From positions 32,860,001 to 32,924,000 of the forward strand of contig OX597824.1 of the NCBI GenBank assembly GCA_951406725.2: a stretch of DNA of 64,000 bases, in the 5' to 3' direction. Below are positions 28,993-42,621 of the stretch, in pieces (positions within the stretch are counted from its first letter, which is position 1; each line of letters begins with the position of its first letter). The notes beneath the pieces were generated by a model, which had not been told where the DNA came from, did not search any database, and saw only the letters and a program-made list of their open reading frames with translations. Made by a program: the position numbers and the translations under genes. This DNA is from Octopus vulgaris (taxonomy: Eukaryota).

Positions 28993-29372
28993 TTTCTTGG
29001 TCAACCTTGTGTGCCACCTTTTCAATACGCGCCCGCACACATACACACGCACCGGCACAAACACACACACACACACACAAGCACACACACATACACACAA
29101 GCACACACAAACACATACATATGTACGTATGTACATACATAATATTCATGTTTCTTTTACTTGCTTCAGTCAATAGACTGCGGTCATGCTGGAGCACCGC
29201 CTAGAACAATTTTTAGATGAATGAATTAATCACAAAACTTATGTTTTTATTAAGCCTCGTACTTATTCTATCGGCCTTTTTGCCGAACCGATAGTTTACG
29301 AGAACGTAAACACACCAACACTCGTTATCAATCGGTAGTGGTGAAGAATACATACATACATTCATACATACA

Positions 29373-29485
<113 letters not shown>

Positions 29486-32400
29486 GAAAAATACAAACTG
29501 GGACAGGAACGTAAAACATTTAGAAGATGATACAAAAAACACGGACGGGACATTCGAAGCCTTCAATCTTCAGTCAAGAACCGGATCATCCTAGCAATTT
29601 CGGCTGATTAATCTTGAGATCGCTCCGATCCGGCCAGCCCCAAGGAAAAACTAAGCTACGAGCATTAGATTTCTTGGAAGAAGGATCGAATGTATACGAA
29701 ACAGGGACAGAAAAACGGACGATGCCACACGAATATAAAATACAAAAAACAATAATGGTAAAAACTGGACAAAAAACAGCGGGTATCTTACGACTAATAA
29801 ACAGTAAAACAAGTTTAGCTGGCGTATTTGGAAAAAATGCCTTCATCGGCAGACGATATATATATATATATATGACGAACTTCTTTTAGTTTCCCTCTAC
29901 CAAATCCATTCACAAGGCTTTGGTCGGCCCGAAGCTATAGTACAAAACAGTTGCCCAAGATGCCACGCAGTGTGATTGAAACCTGAACTATATGGTTGCG
30001 AAGCAAGCTTCTTACCACATGACCACGTACCATAAAACAATGGAGGGATTTAACCCATTCGTCACACATATTTTTTTCACAGTCACGGATGCAGGCATCA
30101 GGCTGTTAACCTTTTAACCTTCAGACGTTATTATGATTCGTTTTGTTTCCGTTTCATTTTGTTATTCTTTTCCCCTCGGCCGTTGCTTCTGTTTTTTTTT
30201 CTTGTGTTTATCGAGATGGTTTTGTAGATCAACTCTCCAATACACTTTAAACTCTTTTATACTTGTTTCAGTCATTTGACTACTGTGGCCATGCTGGAGC
30301 ACCGCCTTTAGTCGAGCAAATCGACCCCAGTACTTATTCTTTGGAAGCCTAGTACTTATTCTATCGGTCTCTTTTTGCCGAACCGCCAAGTTACGGGGAC
30401 ATAAACACACCAGCATCAGTTGTCAAGCGATGTTGGTGGGACAAACACAAACTCACAAACATATACACACACACACGTACATATATATATATATACATAT
30501 ACATATATACGACGGGCGTCTTTCAGTTTCCGTCTACCAAATCCACTCAAAGGCATTGGTCGGCCCGAGGCTATAGTAGAAGACACTTGCCCAAGGTGAC
30601 ACGCAGTGGGACTGAACCCGGAACCATGTGGTTTGTAAGCAAGTTACTTACCACACAGCCACTCCTACGTCTATTACTTCTTGTGATACCTTCGTCTTCT
30701 TTCTCGAGTTCGAAGACAAGCGATTTCTCTATAACTAAGAACTTCGTCTCAATGGAGTTAACCAGCATTGGATCGAGTGTTGCTTTTCCATGTGCTTCTC
30801 TTTCCCGTATATTTGAGTAGCTCCCCTTCTTCGCTTGCTTACTCTTACGCCTTTACCTTCACAGAGCACTTCATTATTAAATTGCCCCCATCTGCCCTAT
30901 ATATATGTAGTTACTTCCTTTTTCCTCGGTCACTATCGCCTCACCATATACACACATTTCGTTATCATGCACGAATTCCTTTTTCTCTCTCACTGTTTTT
31001 CTTTCTAGGTCTTCCTTTCTCCCCGCCTCTGTCTTTCTGTTTCTGTCTCTGTCTGTTTGTCTCTCTGTCTCTTTCTATCTCTCTCTCCCTCTCTCGCTCT
31101 CTCCTTCTTTCGCTCTTTCAAATTTCTCACAACACAGCCACACCTGCGCCTATATATATATTATACACACACAGTATATGTGTGTATAATGACTAGCGCA
31201 TACATTTCCACGATTCTCAACCGATTTTCACCAAACTTTGCACGCACATTACTTATGTCCCAAGGATGTTATGCACCATATTTTGCCCAGAGTTCCTGCG
31301 TAAATGGACCTAAATGGACATAGTTTTTTCTATGTAAGATCTTCCATACATTTTTAATCTTTTTATAAAAGTGAAAGGATTTCGTCTATTTATTTCGACC
31401 GTCCACCTGCCACAGTGGTTAAATTAACTAGGAACACTGTACAAGACGAATATCCAATACCAAACAATCTTAATCTTAATCTCCATATTTAAACTGCTTT
31501 AAACTTTGGCAAGTTTACCTTTACCTATTCTGAGTCACCTGAAAGGTGATGTTCCCTTCCCTCTTTTCCATTGCGTTGTTTCACTTTAAGGATGCTTATT
31601 TACCCGTCCTTTATGATATTACGACTGTTCTCCTTTGTTTCAAATACGTTTTAACATTGTCGTTCTAGCCTTTTCTTAAACGCGCAGGAGTGGCTGTGTG
31701 GTAAGTAGCTTGCTTACCAACCACATGGTTCCGGGTTCCGTCCCACTGCGTGGCATCTTGGGCAAGTGTCTTCTGCTATAGCCCCGGGCCGACCAATGCC
31801 TTGTGAGTGGATTTGGTAGACGGAAACTGAAAGAAGCCTGTCGTATATATGTATATATATATATATATATAAGTGTGTGTGTATATGTTTGTGTGTCTGT
31901 GTTTGTCCCCCTAGCATTGCTTGACAACCGATGCTGGTGTGTTTACGTCCCTATCACTTAGCGGTTCGGCAAAAGAGACCGATAGAATAAGTACTGGGCT
32001 TACAAAGAATAAGTACTGGGGTCGATTTGCTCGACTAAAGGCGGTGCTCCAGCATGGCCGCAGTCAAATGACTGAAACAAGTAAAAGAGAGAGAGAGAGT
32101 AAAAGAGTAAATCACATATGATTTGTGCCAAAGAATCAACCTTTAAATAAGTGTGTTGCTTCCACTAGAGAAAGAATAACATTTTGCTCAGAGCTCCCGC
32201 GTAAATGGACAAACCAAGAAAATCGGTGGTTAACACGGGTTTTTCTTTAATTCGTTGTATGTACATAATTTTTTTGTACGTAGGGTCTTCCATACTTTTT
32301 GAATCTATATGGTCGTATATTGGCATTAGAGAATATTTTTTTTGAGGTTTTCCTATCTTTTAAATTATTTATTTATATGTTGTAATTGTGAATTATTACT

Positions 32401-33049
32401 TTCTATATTTTTTATATGTGTATTGGTGTATATTGTTTGAGGGTCTTGATTAGAGAATACTATAAAGGTGAAAGGATTTTGTCTATTTATATATTTCGAC
32501 TGTTTTCCATATTTTTTTAATCTACATGGTCGCATATTTGCATTACAGAATATTATTTAGTTGTTTTCACATTTTTTTATCTATTATTTATTTATATGTT
32601 AAACCATCCAAAGGGCGGGTGCGTTTGCTCGTATAGATATATATGTAAATGTCGAACGATGAAAATGAGTGTTCAACACCGCATTGGTGGATATAATTTC
32701 TTTATTGCCCACAAGGGGGTAAACATAGTGAGGACAAACAAGGGCAGACAAAGGGATTAAGTCAATTATATCGACCCCAGTGCGTAACTGGTACTTAATT
32801 TATCGACCTCGAAAGGGTGAAAGGCAAAGTCGACCTCGGCGGAATTTGAACTCAGAACGTAGCGGCAGACGAAATACGGCTATGCATTTCGTCCGGCGTG
32901 CTAACGTTTCTGCCAGCTCACCGCCTTAATATAATTTTTTTTATTTGTGAATATATATTCTTTATTTGTGAATTAAGGCTACCATTCGTTTCATGTTAAG
33001 AAAAGTAAGAAAATATCCTAGTGTCTTAGAAAATTTTCAAACCGATCAA

Positions 33050-33655
33050 ATGGAGACAGGTGTTCGCCTCCAGTTTGGAAAACACAACCTCGTTTAGTTC
33101 GCGGAGATTCTCGTGAAACTTCGCGAATAAAACAATGAATTAAGGGGCGTTACACTTGGGTGGCATCTTTTGAATGTTTGTCTCCCTTGGATTTGCCTTT
33201 TGGGCAAACTCTTGTGTGGTCAATTTGCATTATTTTGTTTTTGTTCTGAGTGTAGTGTTCTTATACTTGTGAGCTTAGGTAGTTCGTCACTGGGGTATAT
33301 CTCTTCTGTGTGCGGAGTTTGTGTCCTATGTGTGTTCAGATTCCACATTCAGGAAAGGGGATATCCTGGTAGGATTACCGTCGCAGATGTGGCTCTTCTT
33401 TGAAGTATTTGAGAGTAAAATACTGCTTGTGCATGCAAGGAGAGAAGGTTTCATCGCTAATGTTTAGGATGTTATCTGTTGATTGAATAAATGTTTAGTT
33501 TTTCAGTAATGCAGAGTTCACATTTGGTGCCCCATTCTCTGTATTTTTTGGCCTTAGCAATAATTTTCCATTCTATCTGGGGATTGCTTGTTCTACCTTC
33601 TTTTAATGCCCATATCATGTTTGACAGGAATGTTGCATGTTTTTTTATTTTAATG
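33050..33655 (-). mobile_element. Penelope-like element 3' remnant
   Basis: Translation ...IEWKIIAKAKKYREWGTKCELCITEK, resembling the PLE GIY-YIG C-terminal CxLCxxEK motif. Confidence 0.6.
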
Positions 33656-33656
33656 C

Positions 33657-33714
<58 letters not shown>

Positions 33715-34407
33715 CACACATATGTATGTATGCATGTATATGTATATATTGGTGAACAGCTGAAAGGATAGGGGCCAGACTAATATGAGCCACCTTTTAC
33801 CAGAGGTAAAAATGGGTTTGTGTAGAGTCAACGTCCCTATCTAGAAAAAAGCAAAGTTACAGAAGCATTGATGACAATTGAAAACCAACACAATCTGGGA
33901 GAGGAAAAAACAGACCAGACTTGAGAGTAGAGAGTCCTTGATGACTTACGCTTCATAGGAAGCGAAGGTTTTGTGTAAGTATGAAGTATCAATGTTATTC
34001 AAACAAATGGAAAAGTGAAAATTAGATTTCTTTTGATTAAAAATGGGTCAAGTTTTGTAAGAAAAATACATAGTTAATTTTTTAAAAAAACAAGTACAAA
34101 ACTGGTACTTCTATTGATCCAACAAAACTCTGACAAGTAAAATTGACTTTTGTGATTTAAAACCACCGAACTTCAGTGATAATTTTTTTTTTTTTTTAAA
34201 TGCCATTATTTAAATGTATTTTTGCTGACTTCTGACCAATTCAAAGTCAGCAAGACCTGGGAGAGGAAAGCCTTACTTCAGCGATGGACAACACCTCAAT
34301 AAATAAACCACTCAGAGACGAGAATAGTCGATGGCCTATTCTCCATTGGGATTAAAAAGCCAAATGAGAAGTTTTTCTTTAGAGAAATTTAAAACATTCT
34401 TCTTACC

Positions 34408-34641
34408 TTATAAAGGATGCGTCAAAGAAGGTAAATTAGAGGCGTAGGTTCGATGCTTACTGTAATTACCACGAACTGGATCCCAAAAGAAAATGTAATA
34501 ACCAGCCAAAACGACAGCGAGTGATACGACAAAACCCATATACAACCCGACCAGAATTATCTTTTCCATTAAAACAGCAAATGGTGAAACATTTTTCGTT
34601 TCTTCGGAGATTCCAACGCCAATAGCTTTCTTCCCCGGCAT
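34408..34641 (-). CDS. InaF-motif-like small single-pass membrane protein, paralog C (77 aa; possibly N-terminally extended by splicing)
   Basis: MPGKK...VSPFAVLMEKIILVGLYMGFVVSLAVVLAGYYIFFWDPVRGNYSKHRTY...HPL. VSLAVVLAGYYIFFWDP is close to the canonical InaF motif as recalled (VSLAAIVLAVYYSLIWQP in INAFM2). The stop is followed directly by G|GTAAGA. Confidence 0.85.
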   Translation of the reverse strand: MPGKKAIGVGISEETKNVSPFAVLMEKIILVGLYMGFVVSLAVVLAGYYIFFWDPVRGNYSKHRTYASNLPSLTHPL

Positions 34642-34918
34642 TTTCTATATGTTCATGTGTTTAGGTAGATACGGTTACAATAATATGGAAATACATTTTT
34701 AATTATTTTCAACATTTTTGGCAATTGCTCCGTAATGGTTGGAGTCGACCCAAGAAATATTTCTAATCAGCTTTGAATGGTCATCATTATAATAGCCAAT
34801 TCTAAATAAGTTACTAATTATTGTACTATTGAAACAATTCCAAATATAATGAAAATTATTATCACATGACCATTATATACTAGATGACATGATATTCTTC
34901 AGTTCCTGTAACACGTAT

Positions 34919-34983
<65 letters not shown>

Positions 34984-35340
34984 AGATAGGGGTTGAAAAT
35001 TCAACCCACCATGGGATAATATATATCCAATATACTGCCAGATAGGTACGGTAATATATATATATATAAATATTTAAAAATTGAGGGAGATAAATTAATA
35101 TTAATTTTAATATCAATTTAAAACCAGTAGTCCAGCATTCAAAAAATCTGAGGAGTCAGAGAAAATTCAAATATATGTGTATATTGGCAGGGCTGGCCTG
35201 CTAGGTAGCCGGCCAGAATGCTAGAAAAGATCATCAACGATCAAACTACAAGGGAAATTCTCTAGAGGAAGAATTCAGCGAACACCAGAACCAAATTTGG
35301 CGGGCAGGACATATGAAAAATTAAATAAAAAACAGACTTA

Positions 35341-35416
35341 AATGCATACCTCGGTTTCGGTCTTAATAAAAGAATTACTTGCATAATTCAAGTGTCCGTG
35401 ACTTCATCAGTACATT
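35341..35416 (-). ncRNA. Type I hammerhead ribozyme motif (inverted copy)
   Basis: Reverse complement of the motif at 35729-35804. Confidence 0.7.
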
Positions 35417-35728
35417 CGGTCCTCGAGATGCAAACCGCAAGACTAACCCCAGCTCTCTGTGTCAAGACAGACACGTGCTTAGTCTTACTGATTACATCGG
35501 GAATAAAATTTCAAATGTCTTGGTTCTGGCGCGCTAAGAGACTCCTGAAGCGAAGGGCTGCAGTGAATAATTCACTGCGGGTAATGCTTACAACTAGGGA
35601 ACGTATTTATTTAAATATTTAAAAATTGAGGGAGATAAATTAATATTAATTTTAATATCAATTTAAAACCAGTAGTCCAGCATTCAAAAAATCTGGGGTT
35701 AGTCTTGCGGTTTGCATCTCGAGGACCG

Positions 35729-35804
35729 AATGTACTGATGAAGTCACGGACACTTGAATTATGCAAGTAATTCTTTTGTTAAGACCGAAACCGAGGTATG
35801 CATT
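35729..35804 (+). ncRNA. Type I hammerhead ribozyme motif
   Basis: aatgta-CTGATGA-agtc...gacc-GAAA-ccgagg-TA-tgcatt. Canonical core, helix I aatgta/tgcatt, short palindrome-like helix III, GUA triplet. Confidence 0.75.
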
Positions 35805-35961
35805 TAAGTCTGTTTTTTATTTAATTTTTCATATGTCCTGCCCGCCAAATTTGGTTCTGGTGTTCGCTGAATTCTTCCTCTAGAGAATTTCCCTTGTAGT
35901 TTGATCGTTGATGATCTTCTTCTAGCATTCTGGCCGGCTACCTAGCAGGCCAGCCCTGCCA

Positions 35962-36026
<65 letters not shown>

Positions 36027-36993
36027 ATATATATCAGAGGAGACTCCAAGTCATCAGGGTCACTCATCACAGATTTCGCATAAGAAACTCGAAGAATTTC
36101 ACATTTATCCACGGGCGTAAACGCTAGGACCTCGTTCACGTGGTCCTAGCGTTTATAATTATGGTGAAACCCGTAGCTAAGCGATCACGTTTCGTTTCTG
36201 CTTTGGGGACGAGCAAAATATTTTGCACCTGCAGCTTATGTGGATATCCTGGAAAAGAGAATTGTTAAAGATACTTCGTTTTTCGGCTAAACTTAGCCTG
36301 CACTTCCTTCTATTGTCAAAATAAAGCTTGCACTTCGCTATGTGTTCTCCACTTGTAATCCGTGTCACTTTATTTCAACGACCATATATGCCTAGCCTGG
36401 GCTGTGACATTACGTCTTTCTTGAATATCAAACAAGGATTATGAGTGTTAAACCTAGTCATGAAAGGATCTCCTGTCGCGCCAACGTACTTCTACACGTT
36501 CGACTGCCCGCTGAGGTCCGTTGGCGTCACTTCGGCATGATATACGACTGTCTTTGTGTTGCTGTGGCGTCGAGAGGACATGTGGTGCTTTGTATGAGCA
36601 TGAACTTCTTAGACCATAAACAAACAACTTTTCAAAGGTGGTCGTTGCGGCTGTTGGGTTATCAGACGATGAAATACCGCCTCTTCTCTAGTTCTGCTGC
36701 TTGGAAAGATATACGATAGGTGTAGCATAGAAAGTATTCGTCGTGTTTCTTCAATCAACCATGCTGCTGCACTTCACGTTTTTTAAGAAGTGCCACCGAT
36801 GTCTAAAAAGAGGTCGTACTTGGACGCAAGTTCATTTCCACAAAAATACAACCAAAACAAGAACAAAGACGTCATTTACAATGTATATTTTATTCAAGCG
36901 CTAGGTAAATCGAGCCCAAAAAGTCAAAAACAACTAAAACAAGTTTGAAAACGTTTTTCTGGAACAAGTGGTGATTAGAGAAGTAGCTCGTTT

Positions 36994-37406
36994 GGATCTT
37001 TTCGGTTTGAACGGCAGTTTTTTCTAGCGGTGTCATATGAAATTGTCACCCATAATTATGACCCTAGTATCGATCTATTGCATTTCAATCTGTTTTAGGG
37101 TTAGGGGTGGGGGAAAGGGTATCTTTTTTTCTTCACAAATGTAAATAAACCCAATCTGTTTCTTAAACGAGGGACATTTTCATACGGCACAGAATGTCTT
37201 TTTACCTCAATAGACGTCATTGATTGGTAGAAATTGCAGAAATTGAAGAAAAAAAACAACAAATATCTTACAAACTATAGAATTTTCTCAATAAAGCCAA
37301 GAGAAAAATATGTTTTATAAACACATTCTACCAGTATACGAAGTTTTGAAATGTTTTGTTACGTGGAAATTATTTTAAAAAATTGTCGTTCAAACCGAAA
37401 TGATCC
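36994..37406. mobile_element. MITE, same family as 18419-18840
   Basis: Same TIRs, with a perfect 8-bp TSD GCTCGTTT at 36986-36993 and 37407-37414. Confidence 0.85.
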
Positions 37407-38166
37407 GCTCGTTTTAATATTATTGCTCTCAGTAAAATACACTTGGCAGAATACGAAATATCAGCAATTTGTGATGGTTTGTGAAATAAAGGATGACCGG
37501 AGTGGTTGCTTTTGAACGTGAGCCCCATGATAAAAAAAATCCTTAGCAACAAGCACTGAGGTCGATCGCATCAACTAAAACCACCAACTCTCAAAATTGC
37601 TGGTCTTGTGGTTAAATTACAGTTTATTATTAACATATAGGTGTAGGAATGACTGTGTGGTAAGTAGCTTGTTTACCAACCACATATTTCCGGGTTCAGT
37701 ACCACTGCGTGGCACCTTGGGCAAGTGTCTTCTACTATAATCTCGGGCCTTGTGAGTAGATTTGGTAGACGGAAACTGAAAGAAGCCCGTCGTTTATATA
37801 TATATATATGTACGTGTGTGTGTATATGTTTGTGTGTCTGTGTTTGTCCCCCAACATCGCTTGACAACCGGTGCTGGTGTGTTTACGTCCCCGTAACTTA
37901 GCGGTTCGGCAAAAGCGACCGATAGAATAAGTACTAGGCTTACAAAGAATAAGTCCTGGGGTCCATTTGCTCGACTAAAGGCGGTGCTCCAGCATGGCCA
38001 TAGTCAAATGACTGAAACAAGTAAAAGTGTATATACGACTTATCTTGACAGCTCAATGTAGGAATTTCACATTGCATTAAGAGTCTCTGGAAAGTAGGTT
38101 GTAATAAAAACGTGCAAGTTACATGTTGAAATAAGAATTGAATAAGAAAAGTCGATAATGTCTTAC

Positions 38167-38245
38167 CTGGAATACCGTTTTGTTGGACAGCATAACGTCA
38201 GCATGCATTGGTGACATAGGAATGCCATTTCTTTTCAATGGAAAA
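38167..38245 (-). other. Candidate 79-nt exon
   Basis: Acceptor TTTCTTCAATTTCTTCTCTTACGTCTAG| and donor CAG|GTAAGA in non-repetitive sequence 3.5 kb upstream of paralog C. Confidence 0.35.
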
Positions 38246-38537
38246 CTAGACGTAAGAGAAGAAATTGAAGAAATCTGTAATTCAAATGTTGATACTTGCC
38301 AAATATATAAGGATAGCGGTTCTCAAACAGTACTTTACAGTATACTCAAATGGTACTTAAGGGGTACAGGGTCGTCTTAGCAGCATTATAGTCCTACCAC
38401 CACCGGGCAAATCAACTGGGTACCATAGTGTTTCTTAGAAACAATACATAAATGAGAATTGGGTCCTTGACCCGTGAAGCACCCGGATAACTATCAAATG
38501 TGCCCATGCATTAAGATGTACTTAGGTACACTGTAGG

Positions 38538-38577
<40 letters not shown>

Positions 38578-38579
38578 CA

Positions 38580-39290
38580 CCATGTTCCAAATAGATAAAA
38601 GTAGTAAATCGCTTCTTTGTAGTGTGTGTGGCAGCAAAAGTAAAACAGTCTCATGTATTGTGGGTTAATGTAGCAAATTGGCCCAAAAATAATACAAAAT
38701 GAGGCATGATAATCGTGTGTCCATTGGAGATTATGTGAGAAGTGGGATCTTGAAATGACATTGAAATGGTATAAACCAGAAAGAGTCATCATAAACAATG
38801 AGTATAAGATCTTGTGGGATTTTACAATCCAGTATGGTTCAGTGATTGATGCTCGGAGACCAGACATCATTGTAGCTGACAAAATGATAAAGGAAACAAA
38901 GACCACAGACATTGCTATACCTGGGGATGTATGAGTGAATAACAAAGAACTAAAAAAGATTGAAAAGTACAAGCCACTAAAAGATGAGATGGCACGAATC
39001 TGGGCAATGAAGAAAGTAACTGTCATTCCAGTTGTTGTCAGGGTACTGGAAGCACTAACAACCAGAAGAATATATTGGAGAAATTGACGTAAGGGTAGAA
39101 CATGTTCAAAAAGCTGCTGTATTGAGGAGAACAATGATTTTGAGATTGACACTTGTATGTTAAGTATCGTGGAAAGAGACCCTGTGAGATCCTTGAAAAC
39201 AGGTTGTTTTCCAATCTTACTGAAATAGACGGAGCAAGTGAAATCAAGAGCTCTGAAAAGTGAATAGAAATAATAATAATAATAATCATC
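38580..39290 (+). mobile_element. R4/Dong-clade non-LTR retrotransposon 3' fragment (restriction-like endonuclease)
   Basis: KILWDFTIQ...ARRPDIIVADK...DIAIPGD...KELKKIEKYKPLKDEMARIW...VIPVVV, with upstream RHDN and an (AAT)n tail. Confidence 0.85.
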
Positions 39291-39294
39291 ATCG

Positions 39295-39555
39295 TCATCA
39301 TTTAGCATCCGCTTTCCATGCTAGCATGGGTTGGACGGTTCAACTGGGGTCTGTGAAGCCAGAAGGCTGCATCAGGCCCAGTCTGATCTGGCAGTGTTTC
39401 TACGGCTGGATGCCCTTCCTAACGCCAACCACTCCGTGAGTGTAGTGAGTGCTTTTTACGTGCTACCCGCACAGGTGCCAGACGGAACTGGCAACGGACA
39501 TGAACGAATGGTGCTTTTACGTGCCACCGGCACGGGGGCCAGGCGAGGCTGGCAA
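39295..39555 (-). mobile_element. SINE/LINE-tail family D with (GAT)n tail (copies ~52170, 52560-52750, 55470-55650, 58210-58455)
   Basis: Shared ttaacgtccgttttccatgctagcatgggttggac...ctggatgcccttcctaacgccaaccactcc. Confidence 0.65.
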
Positions 39556-39556
39556 C

Positions 39557-39596
<40 letters not shown>

Positions 39597-40500
39597 GTAA
39601 TAATATCTTTATTAGCCACAAGGGCCTACATAAAAATCAAAAGGACATTACACAAAACAGATAAGAGATGGTGGGGTTAAGACGATGCATGTAAACGATA
39701 AATAAACAAACAATTAACAATAGAATTCAAACAATTAAATTCCCCAATTAATGAATGCCCCGATGCAGTACCAGGCACTGGCTCTCATGCCTTCTGATCT
39801 TAGCTGATTGGAAGTGTTATCATGTGCTATTTTGTCTTGGTATAAAAATATGGGCTACAACAAATATTCTGCTCAATACCACAGATTTGCTTGCTAGTTG
39901 TTTGACCATAACTAGCTGGGCATGTCCCTTGGTGGCTGACAATATATGAATCTCTGATCAAGCAGAAATAGTGGAGGAGCATCATAGCCGTGTGTTGGGA
40001 GGAACTGTTTGGAGTTTGAATAATCCACATTTGGAAACATGGGTGTTTCATTCATCCCCCTCACACAACCCTTATTCAGGGACCTTTTAAGTGTGATGGG
40101 CTACCCAACCTGAAGAAAATTCTAACTGGGCTCCAGCTGCAAGGTCATGTACTGTTTGTCTTGATATAAAGTTACCATGTTGCGCACATATGGTTGTGAT
40201 GCATGTGCTTGGTGTACTCTTATCAAATGAGTGCAGTTAACAAGCTTGCTTTGCTACCATGTGGTTTCGAGTTCAGTTCCACTGCACAGCATTTTGGGTA
40301 TCTTCTACTATAGCTCTAGGTTGGCCAACGCCTTGTGAGTAAGTGTCATCGATAGAGTCTGCACAGAATCTCATAATATATACAACGAGCAAAACGCCCC
40401 CCACTAGACGGTACTGAGTAGGTATATTGGGCTTCGTATATTTCTACCCCAGTGTCACTTTCATGGTATGCATTGCTCTCACTCAATAATAATAATAATA

Positions 40501-40545
<45 letters not shown>

Positions 40546-41439
40546 AAGTTGGGGAAATGACCAGTGGTTTAACCTAAATTTGAGACACCAGCAAAAGAAG
40601 AAATAAAGATAGACTTTTTTCTATTCCAAAGAAAAACGATTTTATTCACTCAAATATGCAACCGAAGAGTTTAAAGTACCAGTAATGATACGGCTGCTGA
40701 CTGGGAGAACACAAACATGGTTTAAACAGTAAGCTTGGCAGGAAAGAAACGTGCCTTTAAGCAGTACAAAAACAATAAAAAATGGAAGGTGCAGTTATGT
40801 ACAGGTTGACAGACAAGTTGTTTTGAGAAAATTTGGTTTAAATGTTTGACAACTCAGCACCGTCTAGTGGGGGGCGTTTTGCTCGTTGTATATATTATGA
40901 GATTCTGTGCAGACTCTATCGATGACACTTACTCACAAGGCATTGGCCAACCTAGGGCTATAGTAGAAGATACCCAAAATGCTGTGCAGTGGAACTGAAC
41001 TCAAAACCACATGGTAGCAAAGCAAGCTTGTTAACTGCGCTCATTCTCTCATTTTTTAAAAATTGATCATAGACTTGAAATCGTACTAAATCAGTATTAC
41101 TTGACCTTACAGTTGTAGGTAGAAAATGTTGGTTGGTAGTCAAAGTCACATGCAGATCAAAGGCTGAGCATTCACGTGTGGATATATAATATTAACTAGG
41201 TTAAACATCCATAGTTGTTCTCGAAACTAATTTACAAGCTTAAACATTGGTAGGTGATGGCGGATTGCTAGTGGAAGGACCAGGTGCTTATTAATAGTTA
41301 TCTTTTATCTTTCATCGGTTTCAGTCATTAGACAGCGACCATGCTGGGGCTCCGCCTTGGATAATTTTTAGTCGAATGAATCGATCCCAGTGCTTATTCT
41401 CTTCTTATAGGCCTGGTACTTATTCTATCAGTTCTTTTA

Positions 41440-42621
41440 CCGATGTGTCCCTCATTATTAGGTAAATCAATAAATAAATGTATATTCATTCAAAACCAGT
41501 TATTTTCCCACTGACTGTTGGCAAATAAATCAGATCTGCACAGACAAAAACAAATGGTGACCATTAACATGTAGCAGCAACATTTCTGCTGTCCCAAATT
41601 ATTAGGCAGGTGCTCAATTTAAGTGTCGTTATGGGTCAGAAACGTGATCTTAACTCGAATGAGAAGTCTACCATTGTTTCAAAGCTTGAATGCCATGCTG
41701 CCCTTGATGAACCAGATGGCTGGAGAAAAATGGTTGGGTATCCATCAGCAGGAACCATCCTCATCGTCCGAGACACCAACAGGGGGGGAGGTGGAGCCAT
41801 GTTTTGGGCTGGCATCATAGGTCGTATGATGGTCAGGCCATGGAAAGTATGGTGGTATGATGGTCGGGCCAGATGGCATTAAGATGACATCGAAAATATA
41901 TGTTACCTTCTTAAAAAACAATTTCCAAGCATGGTTTAAAAAGCAACTTCATGCAAGATAATGCCCTGTCTCATGCAGTGAAGAATTCTAAGGAATACCT
42001 GCAGCAAATAGGCTTCTCCGGAGGTGGTTTGATGGAGTGGCCACCTTGTTCCCCAGACTTAAACCTGATTGAGAACCTGTGGAGTATCCTGATGAGACAC
42101 ATTTACCAAGATAGACAGCAGTTTTCAAGTAAAGTTGCCCTCTGGGATGCTATTGTAGATACTTCCCAAGGCACAACACAAGAAAACATCATCACTTTAA
42201 CAAAATCAATGGATCAGCGTGTAAGGGAGATTATTGCATGTGGAGGATCATACATCCAACATAAGGAGCTGTATGACATCATAATCCCAAGATTACTTTC
42301 ATTCGAACATATTATTATGTTTACCATTAAGTCCTTTATGAATAATTTTTTTTTAAACCTTTACTGTTGAATTAAATAAACATTTGTTCTGACTCAGTTA
42401 TAATTTTTATTATACTTGCCTAATAATTTGTGATTGTGAAAATGTTGCTCAATCACAAAAATGGGTGCCATTTGTTGACATTTGCGCAGATCTGATTTAT
42501 TTTAACAGAAAGTGCACAGGTAGGTGTTGCCAACAGTCAGTGCGAAAACAACTGGTTTCGAATGAACATACATTTATTTATTGAGAGAAGGTTGATTTGC
42601 CTAATAATGTGGGACACAGTG
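41440..42621 (+). mobile_element. Tc1-like transposon, IR/DR type, internally deleted
   Basis: Long TIRs (c..tgtgtccc..attattagg / cctaataatgtgggacacagtg) with TA flanks and inner direct repeats. Motifs GGGAMFWAGI, MQDNA and WPPCSPDLNLIENLW (DD34E). Confidence 0.9.

Larger units (their letters stand above)
35178..35965. repeat. Inverted repeat of about 270 bp (35178-35450 versus 35696-35965), plus direct duplicate 35067-35148/35608-35694
   Basis: Near-identical reverse-complement blocks, in an inverted pLTR-like arrangement. Confidence 0.9.

Noticed and set aside
29800-29855. Hammerhead-like CCGATGA...TAAA on the minus strand
   Set aside because: Both core boxes are mutated; at most a dead relic.
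38511-39308. 265-aa minus-strand ORF
   Set aside because: Antisense shadow of the R4/Dong endonuclease fragment, bounded by microsatellites.
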